DNA of 64,000 bases from an uncultured delta proteobacterium (GCA_963696385.1 CAVOKF010000008.1:480001-544000); one strand, 5' to 3'. Shown: positions 18,189 to 28,720, counted from the first letter of the stretch. The notes: a model not told the origin generated them from the sequence alone. Program-made: numbers and translations.

Positions 18189-19280
18189 TTAAGAAGCCGC
18201 CAATCGCTTGCGGCGGCCGAAGAGGGCCAACAGGACGCCTAGAATCGCGACCGGAGCGGGCGACATGGGTCCTGGAGCCGCGGAGCACCCTTTTGAACCG
18301 CTCGAGGCGCCGCCGCCTCCCTGGTTCGACGCACCGGATCCGCCCGCCGAAATCGTGTTCGCGGCGGCGCTCGAGGCTCCTGCGGTCGAAACGCTCATCG
18401 AGTTCTGGGTATTGGTCGCGGTAGCGATCGGGTTGCCACTACTGGCACCCCCTGCCCCTGTGTTGGCGCTGCTTGAAACTGCGCTGCTGCTCGAGGCGCT
18501 GCTGGCGGCGCTGCTCGAACCGGATCCGCCCGAACTGCCCGCCCCGCCCTCGGCACTGGATGCACTCGCGTCGACCAGCGCGTTGCCCGGCGCTCCCCCT
18601 TCGGCCGCAAGAATCGTGACCGCCGCGCAATGGTGGTAGAAGAAACTGGGATCCACCGGGTGGTACGACATGAATTGCACCACTTGCAATGTGCAATTGG
18701 TGCAAGGGGTCGCCGGTAAGGTCACAGTCGTCGAATAGGTCTTGGGCGCGCCGGTCGTGGGGACGCCGGCCATACCCTCACACGGATCGCCGGCAATGCA
18801 GTGCGGAAACAGGTTGTCCGCCAACACGACGCCACTGGTGGAAATGGATCCGCCGGTTGCCGTCACGGCCACGGCCGATGCCGTGTCCTTGGTGGCGTCG
18901 GTGTACTCGGTGATGACCGGATCGGGCAGCACTGCGGCCGTGGCGGCCGAAGGCGCGACCGGTGCAAACGCGATTCGAAAATGGCCGCTATGGGCGACCG
19001 CTTCGACCCATGTCACGGTAATTGTCTGGCCAGCCTGAAACGTGGTGACAATGTTGGTCGCCGTGCCGGGTCCGCCGCACGGCGTCGGCTTTTGGGGGTC
19101 GCCGATCGTGTCGATCATCACCTGAAAATCCTTCGGAGTGTCCGGACCTCCGTCGGAGACGAGAATGATGTGAGCCCGGGCTTCACCCGTCGTGAAGAAG
19201 GCAATGAGCCCGAGGAACGCCGCGAGCCCCGGTCCGCGCCACCCAGAGTGCGTGCGGGTCGCGTTGCGTAGTCGATGCAT
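18189..19280 (-). CDS. SCE4755-type polysaccharide monooxygenase-like protein with MYXO-CTERM tail
   Basis: Signal ARA|H (His1), PCGG, second His in AHSGHFRI, CTNCTLQVVQFM, FYHHCA; tail GCSAAPG-TM-RRKR. Confidence 0.8.
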   Translation of the reverse strand: MHRLRNATRTHSGWRGPGLAAFLGLIAFFTTGEARAHIILVSDGGPDTPKDFQVMIDTIGDPQKPTPCGGPGTATNIVTTFQAGQTITVTWVEAVAHSGHFRIAFAPVAPSAATAAVLPDPVITEYTDATKDTASAVAVTATGGSISTSGVVLADNLFPHCIAGDPCEGMAGVPTTGAPKTYSTTVTLPATPCTNCTLQVVQFMSYHPVDPSFFYHHCAAVTILAAEGGAPGNALVDASASSAEGGAGSSGGSGSSSAASSASSSSAVSSSANTGAGGASSGNPIATATNTQNSMSVSTAGASSAAANTISAGGSGASNQGGGGASSGSKGCSAAPGPMSPAPVAILGVLLALFGRRKRLAAS

Positions 19281-19620
19281 TCGAGGACCCTCCTTCTTTC
19301 CGCCCGTGCGGAGAAGCGCGCTCGGCGGGGTAATTCGCGGCTGCAGCGCTTCGGCCCGGCCACGACTCCCCATGACGGTACATGAGCAAGCCCCGCCCGC
19401 CTAGGGCGCGCGCCCAAGACTCGCGCGTCCTTCCCCGCGCGGATGGTCTGCGCGAGAGATTTTGCGACCGTCCGGGAATTTAACCTTGGGCGCAGAAGTC
19501 GCGGCCCTCGTGCGACTTCTGCTCCCTAGGATGCAACGGACCGGCGGGTGGCCATCGTCCCTGCGGAGAACCCACAAGCACGGAGCTCGGCCACCCCCCA
19601 ATCCGGCGCGCCGATGCGTC

Positions 19621-22600
19621 TTACCGCGACGAACCAGTCAGCGTGATCGTCTGGGACCAGCTCGAAGGAGTCGCCGAGCAGAACACTCCGCCCGAAGTCG
19701 GCGCAATCACGAAGTTGGCCGTATCCGCCCAGCTGGTGTGGGCAACGCCGCCGGGTGCGAACACAGTAACGAGGTTGGTACCTCCCGGCCATGTCGCCTC
19801 CACTGTGGTGGCGGGGGAGAGGAAAAAGACTCCCGTGTTGAGACCGGTGAGCGTCGCCTGCAGCGGCCAGTTTCCTGCGTTGTCGATGGTGACGAGTTCG
19901 TCGGACCTGGCTAGGTCCGCGATGGTTCCAAAGGCAAAGGTGGTGGTCGCCAGGTTATTGCTCACGATCACGCCCTGAGCGCCCATAGTGAGGCTCACGG
20001 TAAAGCTGGGTACCGCGACGTTGGCATCCGTGTCGATCGTCACCGTGCCGGAGTACGTGGCGTAGTCGGGCGCCGCAGGCACGGTCTCGGGGATCGCATG
20101 CGGAGTGACTGTGATGACGACCGAGTTGCCGCCGTTGGCTTGCACGTCCACGCCCGGCGCACTCGACGACGACAGGGTGTAGTAGTTGGAATTGCTCACA
20201 CTCCACGACTGGACGTGGAAGTCTTGGTTTCCAGTGTTGGTGATGGTGATGTTCTGCGCGCCCGCCGCGTTCGCGCCGCAGTTGTTGAGGCCGAAGTTGA
20301 GGCTGCCCGGCTGGATGTTCGGCCCGGCTTCGGTGGCGGTGGCTTCCACAGGATACGCGCCGCCATTGGGCAGGGGTGCGCAAAGGGGATCGGTCGTACT
20401 GATGGTGAGGTTGGACTGCACGAGACCGGGCACGCCCCCGTCCGTGATTGCAGGGGGAACGGTCGATGGCGCGGTGAACGTCACCGGAACGTTGACCGAG
20501 CCGCCGGCCGAGGGGACCGATATCGAGGGGGTCACTGTGAAATCGGTGTTACCCGAATGAATCGACAAGCTCGCCGGTCCGGTCGCTGAACTGGCGTTGT
20601 TGACGATTTCGAAATTCCTGAGCCTGCGAAGTGGTGTTGACCGGCGTTGTCCCCAAGTCATACGGGCCGGGAGGGGCGGGCACGAGGGTGATCACGTCCC
20701 CGATCGGCGTTTCGGTCAGGCCAATCACGTGCGGCACGTCGCCCGCAATGTCGGTCGTGACGGTGATCTGGTCCGTGATGTTCGCGAGGGTCGGGACAGG
20801 GATCGTCCCTGGCACGATCGTGACGGTCGTTGCCCCCCCGTTCGCCGCGAGCAGGATGGGCAGAGTGGCGTTGGTCAGGCTGTAGTTGGTACCCGCCGCG
20901 AGGGCAATCGCGGTCAGGTTGACGGGCTCGTTGCCGTTGTTCGTGATGGTCAGCGTTTGCGTCGCTGCCGCCGTGTTGCAATTGGCTTGGAACTGGAACG
21001 CCGTCGCGCTGAACGAGACCCCACCAAGCTCGCCCGTCCCGCTGAGCGGTAGGGGTGCCGGAAGGGGCTGGCATAGAGTGGTTCCGGTGGTCGATATCGC
21101 GATCTGCCCCGAGAACGGACCGTAAGTCGTCGGAGCGAATGTCGCATTGACGGGCTGCACGACGGGCTGCGTGGGGCTGCCCAAAAGCCCGAACGTCGCG
21201 GGGGTCGCGCCGAACGGTGCGGCCGTCGTGAGCGTGACGTTCGCGTTGGCGCTGCCGGAATTGACGACGTTGAACGCCTGGGTCGCGACGTTCGTGACGG
21301 CCGGAACCGACCCGAAGAGGCCGAAGCTGGGCGTGGGCGAGGTGTCGAACGCGAGAATCGCGCCGACCGCCTCGTTGGTCAGGTTGATGGTGTGCGGCGA
21401 ATCGCCGGGGATCGTGGTGGTGACCACCAGCTGAGCCGCGTAGTTGCCTGGAACGGCCGACGTGGGCGGCACCGCGGGAGCAGTGAGGTTCACGACGAGC
21501 GACCCGTTTGCGGGGACGACCGACGCCGTGGTCAAATCCGTCCCATAGCCCGGGTAGCCGCTAGGCACGACCGACGCGATGCCGGCGGGCAAGTTGCCCG
21601 AGTTCGTCAAAGTGAATGTTTGCCCGGCCGGAGCCGCTCCGCCGCAGGGGCTCCCGAGGAAGTCCACAGTCGCCGCGGGCCACCCGGTGACCACGCTATT
21701 GCCGCCCTGGCCGGAGAACGCGATCGAGGTGACGCTCGCGCCGCAGACGGGCGTACCCGCAGCCACGGTAACGGTCGACGTCGCTTGGGAGGGGGTCAGC
21801 GTATCCGGAGTGAACGAGGCCGTCAGATCGATCGTCCCCGTCGTCGCCGCAACGGCGGACGCAGTGGATGGCAAGAGCCCGAATTGGGTATCGGTCGGCT
21901 GCCCGAACGACACACCCGGCGCGGCCATATTGCCCACGTTTTGAAGGGTGAGCGAAATGTTCGTATCCGCCATATTGTTCGGCGCGATGCCGAAGTCGGC
22001 GTCGGTCGGCGAGCCCGTGGCCCACGCGAGCGTCACGCCTGTGGGCGTGACCGATACCGTGACGGGAGTCGACGCGTGTGCAGAATCGTTCGTCGTGACG
22101 GTCAAGGTTGCCGTCAGGGCCGTTCCAGCCGTCGCGGTCGACGGGACGGTCGCCGTGATGGGGATCGACGTGCTGTCGCCTGGACTTACGGTGGTCTGCG
22201 CAAAGCTGCCGAGTGAGAACACCGTGCTCGAACCCAAGCTGGCGTTCACGGTGAGCGGCGCCGTGCCGTGGTTCGCGACTACGAGCATCGTGGCCGTCGT
22301 CGCGGACCCTCCGCAGTTGCCCGCGCCGAGATCGATCTGGGTCGCGCTGAACGACGCACTGGGCGCTCCTGCATCGGCGCTCGCGTCGGGACTCGTCGCG
22401 TCCGCCGTGGCGTCCGGGGTCGTCGCGTCCGTCGTGGCGTCGGGACTCGTCGCGTCCGCCTTGGCGTCGGGGGTCGTCGCGTCCGTCGTCGCGTCCGTCG
22501 TCGCATCCGGGCCCGCATCGGCTTTTTCACCCGTACCGGTGTCGGAGGTCGCGTCCGGACTGGCGTCGCCCACTCCGGTCGTTCCCGTATCGGTGCCCGC

Positions 22601-22915
22601 GTCGGGCGTCCCCGTATCGATGCCCGTATCGGGCGTCACGCCCACGTCTTCGCTCGCATCGGTGGCCCCGTCGGTCGAACCGTCGGGCGTTGCAGAGTCC
22701 GACGCGCCGTCTTTTGCGCCGCCGTCGCTCGCATCGCTGTGCGCATCCGACTCCGCGTCGGTGCTTCCGTCGACGCCGCCATCGGTCGTCGGGCCGGTGC
22801 CGTTGTCGTCGCCGCCGCAGCCTGCCAGAAGGCTACCCCAAGACAGCACAGTCACGATCGGAACGGCTGCGAGGATCGATGTGCCCCGGCCAGCGCCCCC
22901 AAGTCTACGCCTCAT
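19621..22915 (-). CDS. Large surface lipoprotein with tandem Ig-like (choice-of-anchor D/ASH-type) repeats; frameshift near 20605-20615
   Basis: Lipobox LAGC, DA(T/S)-rich stalk, repeated 'TLTNSG...TTDIAGDVPHVI' units; two ORFs join in register; AAGGAG RBS. Confidence 0.8.
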
Positions 22916-23375
22916 GATAAGAACTCCTTCGGTTTCGGTTGGCACCGATGCTCGCGCCGTAGCACCGAGTTTGTCCAGTACGGATTTGATGTCGAAGTAC
23001 GAAATACGGATTTCGAGGATGGGTCCGTTATCGTCGTCCGCACGGCCGCGTGTGCGCTTACGGTTCACCCTCCGCAGGAATTTAGTGCGCCTCCCTTCCG
23101 CAGGGACCTAATGGGCTGCACCTGAGTGGGCGGAGGACGACACCCCCATACGTCAAACCAATCGAGGTTCCGGCGAGAGCAGAGACCCATTCCGTTGAAT
23201 CCAAAGCGAACACGGCCGATCGCGGCCGCCGGTGGGGGGGGGACCGGCAGGAAAAAGCGGGTCGGCCCGCCGGCGGACTCGTCGTCCCCCGAGGTCGACG
23301 GCTCGTCGGATCGTCTCGGAGAACACGGATGGGGCCGTTGACGACACCGCCGCCCGACCCCACGATCGACCCGCG

Positions 23376-23555
23376 ATGTCCGCCTGTGCCCTATGCGGAA
23401 AACCCGTCGTCATCCATCCGGACGTCCTCTCGGACGGCCGCCTCGTGCACGCCGATTGCAAGAATCGACAGACTCACGTTCGACCGCGGTCCGACAGTTC
23501 GCTCAAGTCCGATTTGACGCTGCCGCAGCCACGCCCTCGAAAGCAGACGGGGTAG
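23376..23555 (+). CDS. Putative zinc-binding microprotein (59 aa)
   Basis: MSACALCGKPV...LVHADCK, pattern C-x2-C-x17-H-x2-C. Confidence 0.5.
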   Translation: MSACALCGKPVVIHPDVLSDGRLVHADCKNRQTHVRPRSDSSLKSDLTLPQPRPRKQTG

Positions 23556-23571
23556 CCCAGGGCTAAGCCCG

Positions 23572-23832
23572 CTACGCCTTCCGCATCGGCTCGTCTGACG
23601 TTGCGCCGGGCGCCCCGCGCTGCCCGCGTCGGATGGTACGCGTGATTTCGACGATGCGATCGACGCTCTCGCGCGCATCCTGCAATGCCGCTCGGCTTTC
23701 GTCGTCGACGCGCTCCGACACGAACTCGAGGTTGACCACCAGGGCGGCCGCCGCGTTCACGATTTCGTCGCATCGGTCCACGACATCGAGGTTTCGAGCC
23801 GCGATGACCGCGCTGTCGCGTTTTTCGCCCAT
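23572..23832 (-). CDS. Stand-alone HisKA/DHp-like helical protein lacking the phospho-His
   Basis: CDEIVNAAAALVVNLEFV...ALQDARESVDRIVEITRTIR resembles the kinase H-box helices HEINNPL..V..NLEFL...DAREGAERI. Confidence 0.6.
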   Translation of the reverse strand: MGEKRDSAVIAARNLDVVDRCDEIVNAAAALVVNLEFVSERVDDESRAALQDARESVDRIVEITRTIRRGQRGAPGATSDEPMRKA

Positions 23833-23934
23833 CGGCCGACGGTATCCCCGGCGAACCGCAGCGCAAGATCCTGCGATCCTCGGATCGTGACCACCGTTCC
23901 AAGCGATGGAACGCGCTCCGGCGGAAGCCGCGGT

Positions 23935-24450
23935 CTAGGACGTCACGATCCGCACTCCGCCGGTGGCGATTCGAACGGCGGCCGCCGCCGTGGGCAGCAC
24001 GAGATCGCGCACGGCTCGGCGCAGCGGCGCCGGCTTGCGGGGCAGGGCGAAGACGACCAACTTGTTGTAAACGGCCGCCGTTGCGCGTTCGAGAAGGGTC
24101 TCCACCCCCGCATTCAATTCCTGCTGCATCAGTCGTCGGAACGCCTCGCCGAAACCTTCCAGCCGACGGTCGGCCAAGCCCTCGACGGCTTCGCACGTGT
24201 AGTCTCGGGGCCCCGCGCCGACGCCGCCAATCAAGATCACGACGTCCGCCTCGTTGCTGTTGGCGATGTGGGCCACGAGCTGCTCGATGAATTGCCGCTC
24301 GCGATTGACGGTCACTTTGCGAACGAGAGCGAAGTTCGCCGCAATCATCTCGTCGATGACGATCTGCGCCACATCGTCTTGCACGCTCGCCCGGCCCAGC
24401 GCCACGGTCGCCACGATGGTTCGTAGAGTGCCCGGGATCTTCTCGTCCAT
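23935..24450 (-). CDS. MogA/MoaB-family molybdopterin-binding protein
   Basis: VVILIGGVGAGPRDYTCEA, EGFGEAFRR, VFALP. Confidence 0.85.
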   Translation of the reverse strand: MDEKIPGTLRTIVATVALGRASVQDDVAQIVIDEMIAANFALVRKVTVNRERQFIEQLVAHIANSNEADVVILIGGVGAGPRDYTCEAVEGLADRRLEGFGEAFRRLMQQELNAGVETLLERATAAVYNKLVVFALPRKPAPLRRAVRDLVLPTAAAAVRIATGGVRIVTS

Positions 24451-24559
24451 CTTGAGACTCGCGCGTTTGGGGCCGTCGGACCCTTTGCGAATAGCAGAAT
24501 CTCGCCGTGGAGCACGACTTGCGCCATGGCGATGGTCCGCGGGCTCGCTTGTCCGTTCA

Positions 24560-25909
24560 TCAGGGGTGGGGCGGCGGCCGACCGGGCGGGCGACCCCCCG
24601 CACCGCCAAAGCCACCCATGCCCCCCAAGCTGCCCATACCGTGCGGCGGGGGCGCTTCGCCGATCTTCTGGAGCTCGACTTCGAAGACGAGCATCCCCTG
24701 CGGTCGCTGCGGTTGACCCTTGTACGCGAGCGGCTCGGGGATCCAGATGCGACGCTTCTCGCCCTCGACCATCAATTGCAGCGCCTCGCTCCATCCTGGG
24801 ATGACGCCGCCCACACTGAAGGTCGCGGGCTCGCCGCGAGAGTACGACGAATCGAACATTTTGCCGTCGGTCGTCCAGCCGGCGTACTGCACCGTCACGC
24901 TGTTGGCGCGCGTCGGGTGAACCGTGCCGGTTCCCTTGACGAGCACTTTGGTCGCAAGTCCGTCTTTCTCGAAAATGGCGTCTTTCGGCGGCGCCTTCAC
25001 GTCGGCGGGCGTCTTCGGGCCCGTGAGGATCTCGAGCAACTCGACCACCATGGTGACGTCGCTCGGCGTGACGCCCGGCCGTTGTGCGGGCCCTAGCGAC
25101 GCCGGTACCCAGAACGTGCGTTTCTCACCGACGGTCATCAGTTGCAGGCCTTCGGTCCAGCCCGGCGATACGCCGGTCACAGGTCGCCAGGCCGGCTTGT
25201 CCTTCGAGGCGTCGAGGAGCTTCCCGTCGGTCTGCCAGATCGAGTAGTTCACGTGCACGGCGTCGTTCGGATGCGGGTGAGCCGATCCCGTACCCTTCTG
25301 CGTGACTTTGCTCGCGAGGCCGTCCTTGGTCTTCTCGGCGTCCGCGGGGGCCGCGGCCACGTCGGGCGGCGGCTTCGGGCCCGGCGTGAAGTCGAGCAAT
25401 TCGACGTCGAAAACGAGCATCCCCGCCGGGGCGCCGGGCCTGCCCTTATAGGCGAGCTCCTCGGGGATCCAGAAGCGTCGCTTCTCGCCGACGACCATGA
25501 GCTGAATGCCTTCCGTCCACCCCGCGATGACGCGCCCGAGCGACAGGGTGGCCGGCTCCCCTTTGCGCCCCGGTTGGAGCGGCGCGATCGTGCTGTCGAA
25601 CATCTTTCCCTGGGTGGTCCAGCCCGTGTAGTTCACCTTCACGGAGTCGTTCTGGCTGGGGTGCTCGGTGCCCGTGCCGGGGGAAAGCACTTTGCTCGCG
25701 AGGCCGCTCGCCGTCCTCATCGCGTCGGCGGGCGGCGCGGCGACGTCGGGGGGCGCCGGCAAGCCCGACGCCGCGGCGGGCGCGCCCGCATCGCGAACCC
25801 CGGCATCCGATCCGCCCGCCCGGTGGCTCGTGCACGCGGAACCGGATGCAACTGCCAGGAGGGTCAAAGAGAGGCTGGCCGCGCACCGTGAAGGAGAAAA
25901 GGTCGTCAT
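24560..25909 (-). CDS. Lipoprotein FKBP-type peptidyl-prolyl isomerase with three FKBP domains
   Basis: Three repeats of V(N/Q)Y..W..DGK.(F/L)D..GW(T/S)E..QLM..GEKR; signal peptide ending SAC. Confidence 0.92.
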   Translation of the reverse strand: MTTFSPSRCAASLSLTLLAVASGSACTSHRAGGSDAGVRDAGAPAAASGLPAPPDVAAPPADAMRTASGLASKVLSPGTGTEHPSQNDSVKVNYTGWTTQGKMFDSTIAPLQPGRKGEPATLSLGRVIAGWTEGIQLMVVGEKRRFWIPEELAYKGRPGAPAGMLVFDVELLDFTPGPKPPPDVAAAPADAEKTKDGLASKVTQKGTGSAHPHPNDAVHVNYSIWQTDGKLLDASKDKPAWRPVTGVSPGWTEGLQLMTVGEKRTFWVPASLGPAQRPGVTPSDVTMVVELLEILTGPKTPADVKAPPKDAIFEKDGLATKVLVKGTGTVHPTRANSVTVQYAGWTTDGKMFDSSYSRGEPATFSVGGVIPGWSEALQLMVEGEKRRIWIPEPLAYKGQPQRPQGMLVFEVELQKIGEAPPPHGMGSLGGMGGFGGAGGRPPGRPPPHP

Positions 25910-26248
25910 GATTGTGGGCGGCACCGGAACATGCTTGAGCCGCTCGCACAAGGCCGTAACGAACCCCCCGGGGGCCCCGGGCGATGTTTTCCGAACGATC
26001 CAACCCGCGCATTCGCCGACGCCCGGCCGATCGACAACGACGATCCGCCCACCCGGGATCATCCGACGAAGCGCGCTTTTGTGCGGACGAGGCGTACGTG
26101 CACATCGCTCGCGGGCATGCTCCGCTTCGCTTGCCGCCACCGCCCGGTCGAGGCGTCCTCCCCTCAAAGCCTCCCGCGCGGTGGTGGCGCCTTTTTCGAG
26201 GTCGAGGCCTTCGGGGCCAACGTCCCGACGAGACCCGACCCTAAGGGG

Positions 26249-26563
26249 TCAGGCGACCCACTGTTCGCGGTCGTCGCTGCGGTTCCGATCGCCCGTGGCG
26301 GAACCCTGCGCGTTGCGACCCCGGATCGACTGCACCCAAGTCACGATGTGCCCGATGCTGCAGCGCGCAGAATCGAGAGAGGCTTGCCTCTCCTCCCCCG
26401 GTGTCGCGCCGGCAATGAATTCGACATCGACCGTGAGCGCCGACGCCGCGTCAATGATTCGGTGGCAAAGACGATCCAGGGTCTCGACGGTCGGATCCTT
26501 CGACGACGCCACCGTGCGTACGACTCCGCTCTCGTGTTCCTCCGCATTCCCCTCTTTGTTCAT
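26249..26563 (-). CDS. Second stand-alone DHp-like protein (His retained)
   Basis: LCHRIIDAASALTVDVEFI...SLDSARCSIGHIVTWVQSIR aligns with the 23572-23832 product. Confidence 0.55.
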   Translation of the reverse strand: MNKEGNAEEHESGVVRTVASSKDPTVETLDRLCHRIIDAASALTVDVEFIAGATPGEERQASLDSARCSIGHIVTWVQSIRGRNAQGSATGDRNRSDDREQWVA

Positions 26564-26740
26564 GCCAGCCCTAAGTGCAGCAACCGGGCCGAGCAGTTAT
26601 GCTAGAAAATAGCAGCCAACCCGAATTGCGGGTGCAATAATTGCTGTAAGGCGCATGGCTTGCGCCGAGCCCATGCACTTCTTTTGAAAGCCTTCCGCGG
26701 GCCCCCTTCGGCGCGGACGGGGGCGCGCGCCCCTCCAGGG

Positions 26741-26814
26741 TCGGGGCGAGAGGATTTGAACCTCCGACTCCTCGGTCCCGAACCGAGTGCGCTACCAGGC
26801 TGCGCTACGCCCCG
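26741..26814 (-). tRNA. tRNA-Pro (anticodon CGG)
   Basis: Minus strand CGGGGCGTAGCGCAGCCTGGTAGCGCA-CTCGG-TTCGGGA-CCGAG-...GGTTCAAATCC-TCTCGCCCCGA; CCA not encoded. Confidence 0.96.
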
Positions 26815-27087
26815 ATGCCACCGCGTCGCGGTCGCGCTACGGCGAACGCGCGCGGCGGGCCCGCCCTTATGCCGGCCATGGGCTCGCTCGTCAACGCGTT
26901 TTAACGACGCAGAGCGATTCCGCCGGCGAGAGACTTGTCTTATGTCATTGAATATCGATAGAAATTGGCCAACGAAAAGACGCGCCGATGGTCGGCCGAC
27001 TGAGCCGTCTCGTGTTAAGCGTCACTGTAACAGGCGGCTCGGATCCAGGAGGAACGGATTCTCCTGACAACCGACCGATGGAAAACC

Positions 27088-27744
27088 ATGGACAACGCCG
27101 ATAGTTCGCCGAGCGTGCCGGAGTTAGGCCGATCCCTGCCCCCGGAGCTTCCGGCTGTAAAGATCCTCATCGTCGACGACGACAAGGCCATCTGCGAGTA
27201 CATGCAGACGCTGCTCGAACGGGATGGCTTCTACGTCAGGACGCTGACGGATCCCACCGGTGTCGAAGAGGAGGTTCGAAACGGCGGCTACCACCTCATC
27301 ATCTTGGACCTCATGATGCCCAAGCTCGACGGCATCGAAGTTCTGCGCCGGGTGCGCAAGCTCGACACGGACATCGCCGTCGTCATCTTCACGGGCTTTC
27401 CGAACCTCGAGAGCGCCGTCGCATCGATGAAGCTCGACGCCGTCGACTACATCAAGAAACCATTCAACGTCGACGAGTTCCGCGAGGTCATCTCGCGCGT
27501 CATGCGAAAAAAGGGGCTCGCACGAACGCCCGAGGAGCAACTGCACAAGGTGATCGGCGACACGATCCGAAACCTGCGCAAGGAAAAGGACCTGACGCTC
27601 AAGCAGATGTCGCGGCGCACGGCGTTGAGCGTGTCGCTTTTGTCGCAAATCGAACGCGCCGAATCGAGCGCGTCGATCTCGTCGCTCTACAAGATCGCCA
27701 TCGCGCTCGAATCGCGCATTCAGGATCTGTTCGGCGAGTACTGA
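27088..27744 (+). CDS. digR: Response regulator, REC plus XRE HTH, DigR-like
   Basis: ILIVDDD, LDLMMP, DYIKKP, then LTLKQMSRRTALSVSLLSQIERAESSASISSLYKIA; same architecture as Myxococcus DigR. Confidence 0.8.
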   Translation: MDNADSSPSVPELGRSLPPELPAVKILIVDDDKAICEYMQTLLERDGFYVRTLTDPTGVEEEVRNGGYHLIILDLMMPKLDGIEVLRRVRKLDTDIAVVIFTGFPNLESAVASMKLDAVDYIKKPFNVDEFREVISRVMRKKGLARTPEEQLHKVIGDTIRNLRKEKDLTLKQMSRRTALSVSLLSQIERAESSASISSLYKIAIALESRIQDLFGEY

Positions 27745-27789
27745 GAGCGGAAAGACCGCGATCCGGGTCGCGCAAAAGCCGCGATCCGC

Positions 27790-27818
27790 TTTACACGCGC
27801 CTGCTCGCCGCACATACT
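27790..27818 (+). promoter_or_regulatory. Sigma-70 promoter of the tRNA
   Basis: TTTACA-N17-CATACT, about 50 nt upstream of the tRNA. Confidence 0.6.
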
Positions 27819-27868
27819 CGCGCGCCCCAACGCGGTCGATCGGTTCGTGCCGACCGATCGCGAAGGCT

Positions 27869-27942
27869 GCCGGAGTAGCTCAGATGGTTAGAGCGGGCGT
27901 TTCATACGCGCTAGGTCGGGGGTTCGATCCCCTCCTCCGGCA
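27869..27942 (+). tRNA. tRNA with CAT anticodon (elongator Met or Ile2)
   Basis: GCCGGAG acceptor stem with paired 1-72 (so not initiator), AGCTCAGATGGTTAGAGC D-arm, loop TTCATAC, GGTTCGATCC T-arm. Confidence 0.93.
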
Positions 27943-28081
27943 CCGAATTGCGCGATAAAACGGGCATGTCGGTGCGGACTTGGCCCAATTCTTGGCCTGA
28001 ACGAGCTTCTACGAGACCGTGCGGCCGTGGCGAAAAAAACGGCGACGTTCTCGGCCTTGAGTGCCTCGCGCTCGGTGCGGG

Positions 28082-28501
28082 TCATGGCCGTGATGACGCG
28101 AGCTGGCGCAACCGCTCATGCGAGAGACCGAGCAAGGCGCCGGCATCTCGCAAACTGATACGCGCCTTGCCCGTGAGCGCCGCGGCGGCCTGGCGGGTAG
28201 TCTTGCGCAGAGCCGCGTCGGCTCGATCGGCCGCCCTTTGCGTACGCCGGTACTCACTGAGCTTCGCGCGCAGTGCGGGCGGCAGCTTGAAGCGTTCGGA
28301 CAACTCGGCCGACCGCGCAATCGTCTCAGCGTCGGGCCCGAGCACGTCCACGCACGTCGCGAGCGCCTCTCGGATGTAGCGCCGCGCGGCCTCGAGAGAG
28401 CGCCCCCACGTGACGCACCCGCGAACACTTGGGATGGATACGTGCCAGCCCCCTTCGTCCGGTTCGAACGTCACCGCGAATCGTCTCACCTTGTCAGCCA
28501 T
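28082..28501 (-). CDS. hicB: HicB antitoxin with C-terminal HTH
   Basis: FEPDEGGWHVSIPSVRGCVTWGRSLEAARRYIREAL; ISLRDAGALLGLSHERLRQL. Confidence 0.92.
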   Translation of the reverse strand: MADKVRRFAVTFEPDEGGWHVSIPSVRGCVTWGRSLEAARRYIREALATCVDVLGPDAETIARSAELSERFKLPPALRAKLSEYRRTQRAADRADAALRKTTRQAAAALTGKARISLRDAGALLGLSHERLRQLASSRP

Positions 28502-28690
28502 CCTTTCCCGTAGCAGGGCTCCATGGCTCGCTCGATCGCGTGCAGCGTGCCCTTCTTGATGTCTCCTGGGTGCATGGCGACCGTCGTCGCGCATTCGCCG
28601 CAGGCGCTCACGAAGCGTTTATGGGCCAACTTGCCTCACCTCGACGGCGCCGTTCCGGGTGAGCGCCCGGATGACCTCACGCGCTGTCAA
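28486..28690 (-). pseudogene. hicA: HicA toxin, frameshifted at the catalytic G-S-H motif (about 28621)
   Basis: LTAREVIRAL...VRQVG / HKRF...TTVAMHPGDIKKGTLHAIER; the two halves are out of frame at ggc-c-cat. Confidence 0.85.
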
Positions 28691-28720
28691 GGACAGAAGC
28701 GTGTCACCTGGGCAACAATG

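Noticed and set aside
23228..23248. G9 run flanked by gccggt/accggc
   Set aside because: Single small element with no link to a mapped promoter; homopolymer length unreliable in this assembly
26619..26644. Short palindromes (acccg-N5-cgggt, gcaat-a-attgc) as DigR sites
   Set aside because: Only 5-bp arms; cannot be tied to a regulator from sequence alone
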